Under the pieces are notes generated by a model. It had not been told where the DNA came from and did no database searches. It saw only the letters and a list, made by a program, of their open reading frames with translations. Positions 49,702 through 60,014 of a stretch of 64,000 bases of DNA are shown piece after piece; within the stretch, counting starts at the first letter, position 1, and the number at the start of each line of letters is the position of its first letter. Source of the DNA: Sulfurimonas sp. GTDB lineage: Bacteria; Campylobacterota; Campylobacteria; Campylobacterales; Sulfurimonadaceae. Location: assembly GCF_041563035.1 (NCBI RefSeq), contig NZ_JBFFNS010000013.1:9353-73352 (forward strand), given 5' to 3'. The translations under genes and the position numbers were made by a program.

Positions 49702-50635
49702 TCAAAATTCTAAAATATATGTGGCCGGACATACTGGTTTACTTGGTAGTGCTTTAATAAAAGTACTTAAAAAATATGAATATAAAAATATTATTACTAA
49801 GTCACATGCAGAATTAGAATTAACTGACAAATCAAAGGTTGAGGATTTTTTTAAAAAAAATAAAATCAACTTTATATTTTTATGTGCAGGTAAAGTTGGT
49901 GGAATAATTGGAAATAAAGCTAGTCCAGCTTCATATTTACATGAAAATTTATTGATTCAAGATAACATATTTGAAATGGCAAATAAATATGATGTAGAAA
50001 ATATTATTTTTTATGGCTCATCTTGCACTTATCCAAAAGTTTGTAAACAACCAATGAAAGAAGAATACTGGCTTAGTGGCGCTTTAGAAGAAACTAGTAT
50101 GGGTTATGCAGCAGCAAAAATTGCTGGAATTATTGGATGTAAATCATATAATACTCAATATAACACAGATAGATTTATTTGTGTTATACCGAACTCTATC
50201 TATGGACCAAATGACAACTTTGATTTAGAAAATTCTCATGTACTCTCAGCTCTTATAAAAAAAATAGATATTGCAAAAGAACAAAATCAAGATAGCTTAA
50301 CTCTTTGGGGCAGTGGAAAGCCAAGAAGAGAGTTTATACATAGTGAAGATGTAGCAAATGCTTCAGTATTTTTAATGCAAAATGTGCACAAACTAGAAAA
50401 TAGGCATTATAATTTAGGTTCTGGAACTGATTATTCTATCAAAGAATTATCTGAAGCTATTTCTAAAATAGTTGGTTATAAGGGTAAAATAGAATGGGAT
50501 ATAGAGAAACCAGATGGTACTATGAAAAAACTCTTAGACAGTAGTAAGTTTTTAGCACTTGGTTGGAAACCAAAAATTAAATTTGAAGATGGATTAAGGT
50601 CAACTTACCGATGGTATAAGGACAATTATGAGTAA
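49688..50635 (+). CDS. fcl: GDP-L-fucose synthase-like epimerase/reductase (Fcl/ColC)
   Basis: AGHTGLLGS, AGKVGGI, GSSCTYP, YAAAK, PNSIYGPNDNF, HVLSAL and WGSGKPRREF motifs. Confidence 0.82.
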   Translation: MLMFNQNSKIYVAGHTGLLGSALIKVLKKYEYKNIITKSHAELELTDKSKVEDFFKKNKINFIFLCAGKVGGIIGNKASPASYLHENLLIQDNIFEMANKYDVENIIFYGSSCTYPKVCKQPMKEEYWLSGALEETSMGYAAAKIAGIIGCKSYNTQYNTDRFICVIPNSIYGPNDNFDLENSHVLSALIKKIDIAKEQNQDSLTLWGSGKPRREFIHSEDVANASVFLMQNVHKLENRHYNLGSGTDYSIKELSEAISKIVGYKGKIEWDIEKPDGTMKKLLDSSKFLALGWKPKIKFEDGLRSTYRWYKDNYE

Positions 50636-51455
50636 AAAACAACTGCTTAAAGACAAATCAAAATTTATAAGATGTGAAACTCTTAAAATACATAAATTGG
50701 CACCTGAAACAAGAGTAGCTTCATCCTTATCTCCTATTGAAATTTTTGTATCTTTATATTATGGAGATATATTAAATTTCAATCCAAAAGATCCAAGAGA
50801 TGATAGTAGAGACAGGTTTATTATCTCTAAGGGACATGGTTCTATCTCTATGTATCCTTTACTTGCAGATGTCGGTTTTTTTGATAAAAATGAATTAAGC
50901 AATGTATGTAAGAATGGTTCATTTTTAGGTGGTATTCCTGATCCAATTATTCCTGGATATGAAACAGTAAATGGATCTTTAGGTCATGGACTTGGTGTAG
51001 GGTGTGGAATGGCAGTTGCACTCAAAACAAAACAAAACAAACAAAATGTTGTAGTTCTTACTGGTGATGGTGAACTCAATGAAGGTTCAAACTGGGAAGC
51101 TATTATGTTCGCCCCTCAACATAAACTTGATAATCTTACTTTAATAGTCGATTATAATAAGGTATCTATGCTTGACTTTAGTAAAAATATCATTAATATG
51201 AGCTCACTCAATGATAAGTTTAAAGCATTTAACTGGAAAGTTTATGAAATAATAGATGGACACGATGTAGAAGAAATTTCTACTACATTAAAAGAAGCTA
51301 TTCAAGACAGAGACACTAAACCAAAAGTTGTAATTGTAAATACTATAAAAGGAAAAGGTGTGCCATTTTTAGAAACACACTCTTTAAGTCATATACTATC
51401 AGTTAAATCAGAAGATATTGATGCCTTAATAGAAGAGATTCAAAATGCAGATTAA
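50628..51455 (+). CDS. Transketolase-like protein, N-terminal TPP-binding subunit
   Basis: DRFIISKGH, GSLGHGLG, GDGELNEG..WEA and TIKGKG motifs. Confidence 0.88.
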   Translation: MSKKQLLKDKSKFIRCETLKIHKLAPETRVASSLSPIEIFVSLYYGDILNFNPKDPRDDSRDRFIISKGHGSISMYPLLADVGFFDKNELSNVCKNGSFLGGIPDPIIPGYETVNGSLGHGLGVGCGMAVALKTKQNKQNVVVLTGDGELNEGSNWEAIMFAPQHKLDNLTLIVDYNKVSMLDFSKNIINMSSLNDKFKAFNWKVYEIIDGHDVEEISTTLKEAIQDRDTKPKVVIVNTIKGKGVPFLETHSLSHILSVKSEDIDALIEEIQNAD

Positions 51456-52365
51456 AGCTATGAGGGATACTTTTTTAACTTCTTTATATGAGAAGATGAA
51501 AAATGATAAAAGCATATTTTTTGTTACAGCTGATTTTGGTGCTCCTGTCTTGGATAAGATAAGAGAGGATTATCCTGATCGATTTATAAACGTAGGTATA
51601 GCTGAACAAAATCTTATTAATGTAACTACTGGTTTAGCTTTAGAGGGCTTCACTGTATATGCTTATGCTATTGCACCATTTATAACAATGAGATGCTATG
51701 AACAAATAAGGGTAAATATATCTGTCTTGTCTCATGTGAGAGAAATGAATATTAATCTTATTGGAGTTGGAGCAGGAGTTAGTTATGCGATGAGTGGACC
51801 TACTCATCACTGCTTAGAAGATTTATCTATAATGAAAACTTTGCCAAATATGGAAGTGTTTTCTCCCAGTGACTATATGATTGCTGAGTCTTATGTAGAT
51901 AGAACATTAAGCATTAAAAAACCAAAGTATATAAGATTTGATGCTAAGCCAATGATTGCCTTAGAAGAAACAATTGAAAACTTCGATAATGGATTTAGAG
52001 TTTTACAAAAGGGCAAAAAAATAGCTATTATTTCTACTGGATATATGAGCCAAAAAGCTAAAGAGATAGTAAAAGATTTTGATATTGCACTTATCGATTT
52101 ATACTTTATTAACAATTATAATAAGAGTAAACTAGAAGAATCTCTAAGAGATATCGATACTATTATAACTATTGAAGAAGCATTTAAAAATAGTGGTGGT
52201 TTAGATGCAGAGATAAACTTCAACTTTAAAGATAAAAAAATAGTTAACCTTGGATTTGAAAAAAAATATACCTTTGAGATTGGAAGTAGAGAGTTTGTTC
52301 ATAAAGAAAATGGACTGGGTGTTGATGACATTATTTTTGAAATAAAAAAAGTCTTACAGTGTTAG
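51445..52365 (+). CDS. Transketolase-like protein, C-terminal (pyrimidine-binding) subunit
   Basis: NVGIAEQN, RCYEQIR, GPTHH, YIRF and TIEE motifs. Confidence 0.88.
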   Translation: MQIKAMRDTFLTSLYEKMKNDKSIFFVTADFGAPVLDKIREDYPDRFINVGIAEQNLINVTTGLALEGFTVYAYAIAPFITMRCYEQIRVNISVLSHVREMNINLIGVGAGVSYAMSGPTHHCLEDLSIMKTLPNMEVFSPSDYMIAESYVDRTLSIKKPKYIRFDAKPMIALEETIENFDNGFRVLQKGKKIAIISTGYMSQKAKEIVKDFDIALIDLYFINNYNKSKLEESLRDIDTIITIEEAFKNSGGLDAEINFNFKDKKIVNLGFEKKYTFEIGSREFVHKENGLGVDDIIFEIKKVLQC

Positions 52366-53825
52366 ATATATTATTTATAAATCCAGGTGACAGAAAAGCA
52401 GTTTTTCAAGACTTAGGAAAAGATTTAACAGCAATAGAACCACCATTTCAAATAGCTTCATATGCAAGTTTTCTCAGAAATGAAGGTTTTAATGTAGCAA
52501 TCATTGACGCAAATGCTGAAAATATTTCTCCAGAAGAAGCAGCAGAAAAAGTAAAAGAGTTAAACCCTCTTTTAGTTGCACTTATTGTTTATGGAAACCA
52601 ACCATCAGCAAGTACTCAAAATATGACTATATCTGGTCGCATAGTTACAGCAGTTAAAGAACTTACCAATTCTAAAGTCGTCATGGGAGGATTGCATCCC
52701 TCAGCACTTCCTAAAAGAACTTTAGAAGAAGAAAATGCCGACTTTATCATAGAAGGTGAAGAACAAATTCCTTTAAAAGAATTGATAGAGTGTTTAAAAA
52801 GTGATAATGACTTATCAAAAGTCAGTGGACTTTGGTATAAAAAAGACAATGGGATAAAAAATAATCCTAAAGCAAAACTAATAGATGATTTGAATAAATA
52901 TTTACCAATAGCAGCTTGGGATCTATTACCTATGGAAAAATATAGAGCTCATAATTGGCATTGCTTTGATGATATAGAAAATCGTATGCCTTATGGCGCA
53001 ATTTATACATCTCTTGGGTGTCCATACAAATGTACATTCTGTTGTATTAATGCACCTTTTGGTACTAATACCATAAGATATAGAACACCTGAACTTGTAG
53101 TAGAAGAGATAGAACTTTTAAGTAAGAAGCATGGTGTAAAAAATATTAAAATCATTGATGAGATGTTTGTTCTTGATGAAAGACACTATATGAAAATAGT
53201 TGATTTACTTATAGAAAAAGATTTAGACTTAAATATTTGGGCTTACGCAAGAGTTGATACTATCCATGAAAATACTCTATCTAAAATGAAAGAAGCAGGA
53301 TTCAACTGGTTAGCATTAGGGATAGAATCAGCTTCTGCTGAAGTAAAGAATGGCGCTTCTAAAAAGATGAAAGTGGACGATATAAAAGAGATTGTAACGA
53401 AAATACAAGACAATGGAATTAGAGTTATAGGGAACTATATATTTGGACTTCCTGATGATACTAGAGAGTCTATGCAGGAGACATTAGATATGGCAAAGGA
53501 GTTAAACTGTGAATTTGCAAATTTTTATTGTGCAATGGCATATCCTGGATCACAACTTTACAATATCGCTTTAAATGAAGAATGGAAATTACCAGAAGTG
53601 TGGACAGGATACTCTCAACACTCTTACGATATTCAGCCTCTAGCATCAAAAACTGTAACTGCAAAAGAGATCCTTGCATTTAGAGACAATTCTTTTCATG
53701 AGTATTATGAAAACCCAACGTATTTAAATATGTTACAAGAAAAATTTGGACCAGATGTTAAAAAACACATGCAAGAAATTACAAAAACTAGATTAAAAAG
53801 AAAAATACTAAAAGGATTATCTTAG
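52359..53825 (+). CDS. Cobalamin-binding radical SAM protein
   Basis: B12-binding domain (GGLHPS), CPYKCTFC, DEMF, GIESA and YIFGLP motifs. Confidence 0.9.
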   Translation: MLDILFINPGDRKAVFQDLGKDLTAIEPPFQIASYASFLRNEGFNVAIIDANAENISPEEAAEKVKELNPLLVALIVYGNQPSASTQNMTISGRIVTAVKELTNSKVVMGGLHPSALPKRTLEEENADFIIEGEEQIPLKELIECLKSDNDLSKVSGLWYKKDNGIKNNPKAKLIDDLNKYLPIAAWDLLPMEKYRAHNWHCFDDIENRMPYGAIYTSLGCPYKCTFCCINAPFGTNTIRYRTPELVVEEIELLSKKHGVKNIKIIDEMFVLDERHYMKIVDLLIEKDLDLNIWAYARVDTIHENTLSKMKEAGFNWLALGIESASAEVKNGASKKMKVDDIKEIVTKIQDNGIRVIGNYIFGLPDDTRESMQETLDMAKELNCEFANFYCAMAYPGSQLYNIALNEEWKLPEVWTGYSQHSYDIQPLASKTVTAKEILAFRDNSFHEYYENPTYLNMLQEKFGPDVKKHMQEITKTRLKRKILKGLS

Positions 53826-54670
53826 TGTCAATATTACAAAAAATAAAACGGATAGGTCTCTCTAGCTATCTCGATGATTTAAGTGGAAATAGTTTTTCAT
53901 ATTTAAACTATCTTTTTCATAAAATAATTAAAAAACCTTATTTCGGCTCTCATCTTGCTTCTCTACAAGGGAAAAATGTACGCCATTTTTATATGCAGGA
54001 ACTAATACATAACTATTGCAGTAAAAATGATATCAAGTTACTTGAAATTGGCTCATGGGCGGGAGGAAGCGTAATAACTTGGGCTGAAGCATTAAGTAAA
54101 AAATCAAAAACTAGTAAGATATATTGTATAGATCCATGGGAAGATTATTTAGATAATAATAATCAATTATGGACTCATAAAACAATGAAAAATGCTACAA
54201 AAAAAAATAAAATATACTCTCTTTTTTTACATAACATTATAACATCAGGTTATGTGGAAATGGTATCAATTTTACGTGGTAAAACAGAAGACATGGTGAA
54301 AACTTTAAAAGAGAAATCTTTCGATGTTATTTTTATTGATGCTAATCACGCATATAATGCAGTAAAAAAAGATTTAAGTTCTGTTATACCACTATTAAAA
54401 GATGGAGCTATTCTCTGTGGTGATGATTTAGAACTACAATACTCCGAGGTGAATACCGAGTTATTACTAAAATCAAAAAATATGGATGTTATTGTTGATC
54501 CAAATAAAAAAATAAACTATCACCCGGGAGTAACTTTAGCTGTTTATGAAGAATTTCGACATGACATCTCTTCTTTTAAAGGATTTTGGGCTGTACAACT
54601 AGTTGATGGAAAATGGGAAAATATTTCACTAGATAACACAAATGAAATTATCCCAAGTCATTTAATATGA
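53825..54670 (+). CDS. Class I SAM-dependent methyltransferase
   Basis: LEIGSWAGGS, IDPW, IFIDANH.Y and GAILCGDD motifs. Confidence 0.85.
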   Translation: MSILQKIKRIGLSSYLDDLSGNSFSYLNYLFHKIIKKPYFGSHLASLQGKNVRHFYMQELIHNYCSKNDIKLLEIGSWAGGSVITWAEALSKKSKTSKIYCIDPWEDYLDNNNQLWTHKTMKNATKKNKIYSLFLHNIITSGYVEMVSILRGKTEDMVKTLKEKSFDVIFIDANHAYNAVKKDLSSVIPLLKDGAILCGDDLELQYSEVNTELLLKSKNMDVIVDPNKKINYHPGVTLAVYEEFRHDISSFKGFWAVQLVDGKWENISLDNTNEIIPSHLI

Positions 54671-55785
54671 TTAATAAAAATATACTTTTTCTTTACCATA
54701 CAGATCAGCCATATATTCTTTTTCACTATGAATCATTAAAGAAAGAGTATAAACACGTAGTAAAATTTAACTATGCTGACACATTAAGAGACTATGGTCT
54801 AAAGGCTATGGAGCTTAAAATAAATGAAATAGTACATGATAAAGATGTTGATATTACATTTGTATTTTTGTATGAACACAAACTTGAACTACATCCAGAC
54901 TTTTTAAATGAACTTCGAAAAAATACAGCTATAGTATTCTGGCTTTTTGATGATGAGATACTCCTTCATTCACATACAAAGTATCAAGCACAAACAGCTG
55001 ATGCAGTAATAACCACAGACTATTTTGGACGTTATTACTATGAACAAATTGGCATACCTTCAATTTTATACTTTGGAAGCTATCCAGTAAAAGATTATTA
55101 TCCATCATCAACTCATAAGAATATAGATATTAGTTTTGTAGGTTTAGTTGAAACAGGGGACAGAGCTTCATACTTAGAGTATCTAGAAGAAGCAGGCTTA
55201 TCTGTAGAGACTTTCGGAGGCGGTACAAAAAATGGATTTTTAACTTTTGATGAAATGATAAATGTATTTTCACGTTCTAAAATTTCACTAAATTTTACTA
55301 AGCCGTATAATTTTGACTGGATAGATAAAAATGATCCACTTATCGCAAGAAACAAACAAAATAAAGGTAGACCAATAGAACTAGCGATGTGTAAAACATT
55401 TTGCTTATGTGAAGATGCTCCACCAGTTCATAAATTATTTAAGGTAGGTGAGGAAATTGATACATTCAATTCAAAAGAAGAACTACTAGAAAAAATAAAA
55501 ATCTATTTAGATGATGACTCTTTACGTGAAAACATCGCCAACAAAGCATATGATCGTGCTTTAAATGAATATCAAACTGATAAATATATAGCAAATGTTA
55601 CAAATGAGCTAGAATCAATTTTAAATACTTCTAAAACCCTTCATAAGCCTATAGATACTATTTATTTATCCGATTTATACAAACGAAGACTCAAATCTTT
55701 TTTTATAAAAAAAGCTTATGATGCATTTAAAAATAAACATTTTAAATTAATGTTTAAACATATTTCATCCATATTTAGGAAATAA
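54667..55785 (+). CDS. Glycosyltransferase (CgeB/GT1_2-like)
   Basis: WLFDDE, DISFVG, SKISLN, KGRPIE and FNSKEELLEKI motifs. Confidence 0.75.
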   Translation: MINKNILFLYHTDQPYILFHYESLKKEYKHVVKFNYADTLRDYGLKAMELKINEIVHDKDVDITFVFLYEHKLELHPDFLNELRKNTAIVFWLFDDEILLHSHTKYQAQTADAVITTDYFGRYYYEQIGIPSILYFGSYPVKDYYPSSTHKNIDISFVGLVETGDRASYLEYLEEAGLSVETFGGGTKNGFLTFDEMINVFSRSKISLNFTKPYNFDWIDKNDPLIARNKQNKGRPIELAMCKTFCLCEDAPPVHKLFKVGEEIDTFNSKEELLEKIKIYLDDDSLRENIANKAYDRALNEYQTDKYIANVTNELESILNTSKTLHKPIDTIYLSDLYKRRLKSFFIKKAYDAFKNKHFKLMFKHISSIFRK

Positions 55786-55787
55786 TT

Positions 55788-58172
55788 ATGACAAAATTAA
55801 CTACTGACCATGTAATTTATAATTTTTCGAATATGCTAAAGTTTGATTTTTCATTATCTGATAAAAATATAATTTATTCAATATATACGACGCTAAAGAA
55901 TGAAAATAAAAAAGTTGCATTTTTTGGCAGAGATAAGCTATGTCGTTACATGTTAAATACATGCTCAGAATTTGGCTCGCTTATAGAGTATATATTAGAA
56001 GTGGATGAACACGAGTATCTTTTTAATACAGAGTTTTTTAATATAAATGTTATTGATATTAATCAAATACCTAAAGATATAGATATTATATTTGACACAT
56101 TTAACGATAGAAGTATAAATAAGTATAACCTAAATGTAAAAATATTTTCACTTAATGATGTTGACAAGGAATTAATTCCTGGGCACTCAAGTTTTTATAA
56201 TATACGTGAAATATATCCTGACATTGCGCCATTGGAAGAAAGTTTTTTTAGATTTGTTCCCAATCTATCTTTAATGTATGATAATTCTTCATCAGATATA
56301 TTTCAACTTAACACTATTTTTAATTACTTAAATAACAATAATATAAAGATATTGCGTGCTGATGAGCAACTATCAACATATGTTAAAAACTTTAATCAAA
56401 CTATTTACAAAATAGAAGATATAAACGATAATGATCATGTTTTTATATTAGCCACCGATATTGACACTATATTAAAAACAAAAAAAGAGTTAAATAAAAA
56501 GTTTCATACTATTGAAATTGAGACATATGATATTTTAAGCGAAATAGATTTTACAGCTATTGCAAAAACTGCATGGCTTCCATACATTGAGCATATATAT
56601 CCATTTAATATTCCAGAAATAACTTTAGAAAAAAATCTTGATTTTTTACTGCTTGATTTACCCGCTAAAAAAGATGGAAGTATGCCGAATGGTCTAGCTT
56701 ACCTGCACAATAAACTAAAAACAATACCCGAGATTACTTTTCAAACTGTAGACTATGATGTTGTCTTATATCATGAGTACCATCAAAGACGTATCTTAAA
56801 TGGAACAACAGAATATAAACTTAAAAATGGCTATATTCTACCTGAGAACATGTGGCTAGAAGCAAATGCTTTTGAATGGGACAAAGAAGAAACTATGGAA
56901 TTCTTTGCAGATGAAATAGAAAATATAAGCCTAGATATTATCAAGGCTTCACCAAAAAGCATAGGTTTTTCTCTTCACTTTAGCAACATTCTTTTTTCCA
57001 AAAAAGTGTTACAGCGAGTCAAACAAGACTTACCAGATATAGTCTGCATCGTAGGTGGTATGAACTGCACAAACCATACTATGGGCAGATTAATATTTGA
57101 AGAAGCTGATTATATGGTTATAGGTGAAGGAGAGTTAACAACTTGTGAATTACTAAAGGCTCTAAAGCGTTCTGAAATGCCTAAAGATATGGATGGAATT
57201 ATATCTAGATATGATTCAGTAGATAGAATTTGGACCCCTGCTCCATTAGAAGCAAATTTAGATTCACTTGAGTTTCCACAATATGATTGGTTTCATGACG
57301 TAAGTATATATACACGTTTTAATGGCTATAAACCAGCACAAGTTGTAACAAGTAGAGGATGTCACTGGGCTAAATGTACATTTTGTGCAGAATGTTTTGT
57401 ATGGCGTCAACATAGCGCTATTAGAGTTGTTGATGAGATAGAGTGGTTGTATGGTCATGGCTTCTATCATTTTTCATTTAATGAGAGTGATTTTAACGGT
57501 GACCCAGATAAAATAGCTGATATGTGTAGAGAAATCATAAAACGAGGTCTTAAAATTACTATGATTGGTCAGCTTCGTATTGATCATAGAAATAATGTTG
57601 AATTTATGACACTAATGCGAAAAGCTGGTTTTACCATTATTCGCTTTGGAGTAGATGGTTGGTCAAAGCAGTCTCTTAGAGTTCAAAAAAAAGGCTATCC
57701 AAAAAAAATGATTACTCAAAATCTTGTTGCCTGCAAGGAAGCTGGAATAGTTACTGAGACAAATATGGTTATTGGTGTACCTGGAGAAAGAGAAGAAGAT
57801 ATACTAGAGACTATAGAATTTGCACTACAACACAAAAAATACATCCACCAAATGGCCTTTATTCATTCACTTATGCTTCTTGCTGGAAGTCAATACTACG
57901 ATAACCCAGAAAATTTCAATATTAAATTTTTTGAAGATAAATACGAAATATATAAAAAGTACCCTCATTTTGTGCCAAACGATTTATGGTACAGCGAGAA
58001 GCCATTTATTGATGAAAAAATGCGAATTGAGAGGTTCCAAAAAGTATGTGTAGCACTCTTAGAAGGTGGTATGCGTATTGGTTCACGTCCTAAATTAATT
58101 GCAGAAGGAATTATAAAAGGAAGAACAATCGAGGATATAACCCAAGGTAAAAGTGTAACAAATGATACATAA
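55788..58172 (+). CDS. B12-binding-type radical SAM protein with long N-terminal extension
   Basis: TSRGCHWAKCTFC, FNESDF, GQLR, RFGVDG and VIGVPGE motifs. Confidence 0.85.
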   Translation: MTKLTTDHVIYNFSNMLKFDFSLSDKNIIYSIYTTLKNENKKVAFFGRDKLCRYMLNTCSEFGSLIEYILEVDEHEYLFNTEFFNINVIDINQIPKDIDIIFDTFNDRSINKYNLNVKIFSLNDVDKELIPGHSSFYNIREIYPDIAPLEESFFRFVPNLSLMYDNSSSDIFQLNTIFNYLNNNNIKILRADEQLSTYVKNFNQTIYKIEDINDNDHVFILATDIDTILKTKKELNKKFHTIEIETYDILSEIDFTAIAKTAWLPYIEHIYPFNIPEITLEKNLDFLLLDLPAKKDGSMPNGLAYLHNKLKTIPEITFQTVDYDVVLYHEYHQRRILNGTTEYKLKNGYILPENMWLEANAFEWDKEETMEFFADEIENISLDIIKASPKSIGFSLHFSNILFSKKVLQRVKQDLPDIVCIVGGMNCTNHTMGRLIFEEADYMVIGEGELTTCELLKALKRSEMPKDMDGIISRYDSVDRIWTPAPLEANLDSLEFPQYDWFHDVSIYTRFNGYKPAQVVTSRGCHWAKCTFCAECFVWRQHSAIRVVDEIEWLYGHGFYHFSFNESDFNGDPDKIADMCREIIKRGLKITMIGQLRIDHRNNVEFMTLMRKAGFTIIRFGVDGWSKQSLRVQKKGYPKKMITQNLVACKEAGIVTETNMVIGVPGEREEDILETIEFALQHKKYIHQMAFIHSLMLLAGSQYYDNPENFNIKFFEDKYEIYKKYPHFVPNDLWYSEKPFIDEKMRIERFQKVCVALLEGGMRIGSRPKLIAEGIIKGRTIEDITQGKSVTNDT

Positions 58173-58953
58173 CAAAATTTTATCAGAGATAGCACCTTTC
58201 AAATCATCTTTTTTTGAAAAAAGAGTATATTGGGTTACTGGTGCTGGGACTGGATATGGTAAAGTTATTGCACAAGCCTTAGCTTTTTTGGGTGCAAATG
58301 TCATTATAAGTTCTAGACGAAAAACAGCTTTGCAAGAATGCAAACAAGATATAAATCTAAATAATTTAGATATCTTAGTATGTGATATTACAAATAATAA
58401 CTCCATAGACTATGCAATTGAATATATAAAAAATAATTATGGCAAGTGTGATGGCATAATTCATTCAGCAGCTTTACCACCAGATGACACTAAAACATAC
58501 CCTCTTTTAGACAGTAGCTTTGATGAGTTGTTGAGCATACTGCACACAAATACATTAGCACCTTGGTATATTAGTAAAACAATTATTGATAAAAATATAT
58601 ATGCTGAATCTTTTCGTACTATTTTTATAAGTTCAGAAGCAGGATTTTCATGTAAAACATTGAGCTCAGGTATATATAACCTTTCTAAAACAGCTTTAAA
58701 TTCAATGGCTAGTTCATTGGCGCTTGAGATTGAAGCAAAATATAAAAATGAAGACATACAATTTAATACACTAGTGGCTGACGTCGCACTAAGCGAAATG
58801 AATCCAAACTCAGATACTTCACCAACAATAATAATAAATATGGTGCTAAAACTGCTTACACAGCCCAAAGGTAAGCCAAATGGAATGTTTTTTCACTCCA
58901 ATGGCGAAAACCTGTATTTTTTAAATAGAGATAAACATGAGAGGATATTATGA
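58162..58953 (+). CDS. Short-chain dehydrogenase/reductase
   Basis: TGAGTGYG, HSAA and YNLSK motifs. Confidence 0.82.
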   Translation: MIHNKILSEIAPFKSSFFEKRVYWVTGAGTGYGKVIAQALAFLGANVIISSRRKTALQECKQDINLNNLDILVCDITNNNSIDYAIEYIKNNYGKCDGIIHSAALPPDDTKTYPLLDSSFDELLSILHTNTLAPWYISKTIIDKNIYAESFRTIFISSEAGFSCKTLSSGIYNLSKTALNSMASSLALEIEAKYKNEDIQFNTLVADVALSEMNPNSDTSPTIIINMVLKLLTQPKGKPNGMFFHSNGENLYFLNRDKHERIL

Positions 58954-60014
58954 TTTGGATTGATATATTAGAACCAAAGTATTCAATGTTTTTTATAGAA
59001 CTTATACCTATACTAGAATCTAAAGGTTATAAGTATGTAATTACAACAAGGCACAATGAGAGCTACAAAGAATCAAGCGAGTTGTTAACACTACATGGGA
59101 TTAAACATCATAATATTGGTGGCTATGGCGATACTCTTGAAGAAAAGTTCACTACAAGAATGCAACGACAACAAGGTTTTTTAGATTTATTTAAGGAGAT
59201 TGGATACCCTAAAGTATTACTTTGTGGGGCTAGTGTAGATGCTATACAATGCGCCTCAGCCATTGGAATAAAATCAGTCAATTTTGCAGATACTCCACTT
59301 AGAAACCATCAGTTTAACTATGATGATATTACAGTAGTTTCTAAGCTTACCTTTCCATTGTCTGATCTTCTTTTCCATCCATTTGTTGTACCAGCAGATA
59401 TCTACAATAAGATTGGAGTTGATAACAAAAAAATTATAAGCTATGATTTTATAGATGTATGTTTATGGATGAAAAAAATCACTAAAGAATCAAAAAATGA
59501 TTTTAGAAAAAAATATAATTTAGATAGTTCAAAATACACTATTTTATGTCGTGAAGAGGAATTTAAAGCTAACTATGTAAATGAAAAACTTCCCGTAATC
59601 TATGAGCTTATTGATAAGATTTTAAATATTATGGATGTAAATATTGTAATTATGCCAAGATATGAGAGTACGCATCTATATGAACTATTTTCAGACCGTG
59701 TTACAGTGTTAGAAAAGAAACTAAAACCTGAAGAATTTTATCCTTTCATCGATATGTTAATTGGTGGAGGAGGTACTATGAACTTGGAAGCTGGATATAT
59801 GGGTATTCCTGTAATATCTACACGCTCATTTTTACTATTTCATGATAAATATCTAATAGATAATAAAATTATTAAATGGAGTAACTCTTCGACAGAAGCT
59901 CTTGAATTTGTACAAGAGTTATTAGGTAAGAAACAAGACAATAAACACTTTTTTTGCAAAAGTGACTGTAGTTTTGAGAAAATATTTAACATAATAGAGG
60001 ATAAATTTTTATGA
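58950..60014 (+). CDS. DUF354-family GT-B-like protein
   Basis: IWIDI, VITTR and GGGGTMNLEA..GIPVIS motifs. Confidence 0.7.
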   Translation: MIWIDILEPKYSMFFIELIPILESKGYKYVITTRHNESYKESSELLTLHGIKHHNIGGYGDTLEEKFTTRMQRQQGFLDLFKEIGYPKVLLCGASVDAIQCASAIGIKSVNFADTPLRNHQFNYDDITVVSKLTFPLSDLLFHPFVVPADIYNKIGVDNKKIISYDFIDVCLWMKKITKESKNDFRKKYNLDSSKYTILCREEEFKANYVNEKLPVIYELIDKILNIMDVNIVIMPRYESTHLYELFSDRVTVLEKKLKPEEFYPFIDMLIGGGGTMNLEAGYMGIPVISTRSFLLFHDKYLIDNKIIKWSNSSTEALEFVQELLGKKQDNKHFFCKSDCSFEKIFNIIEDKFL

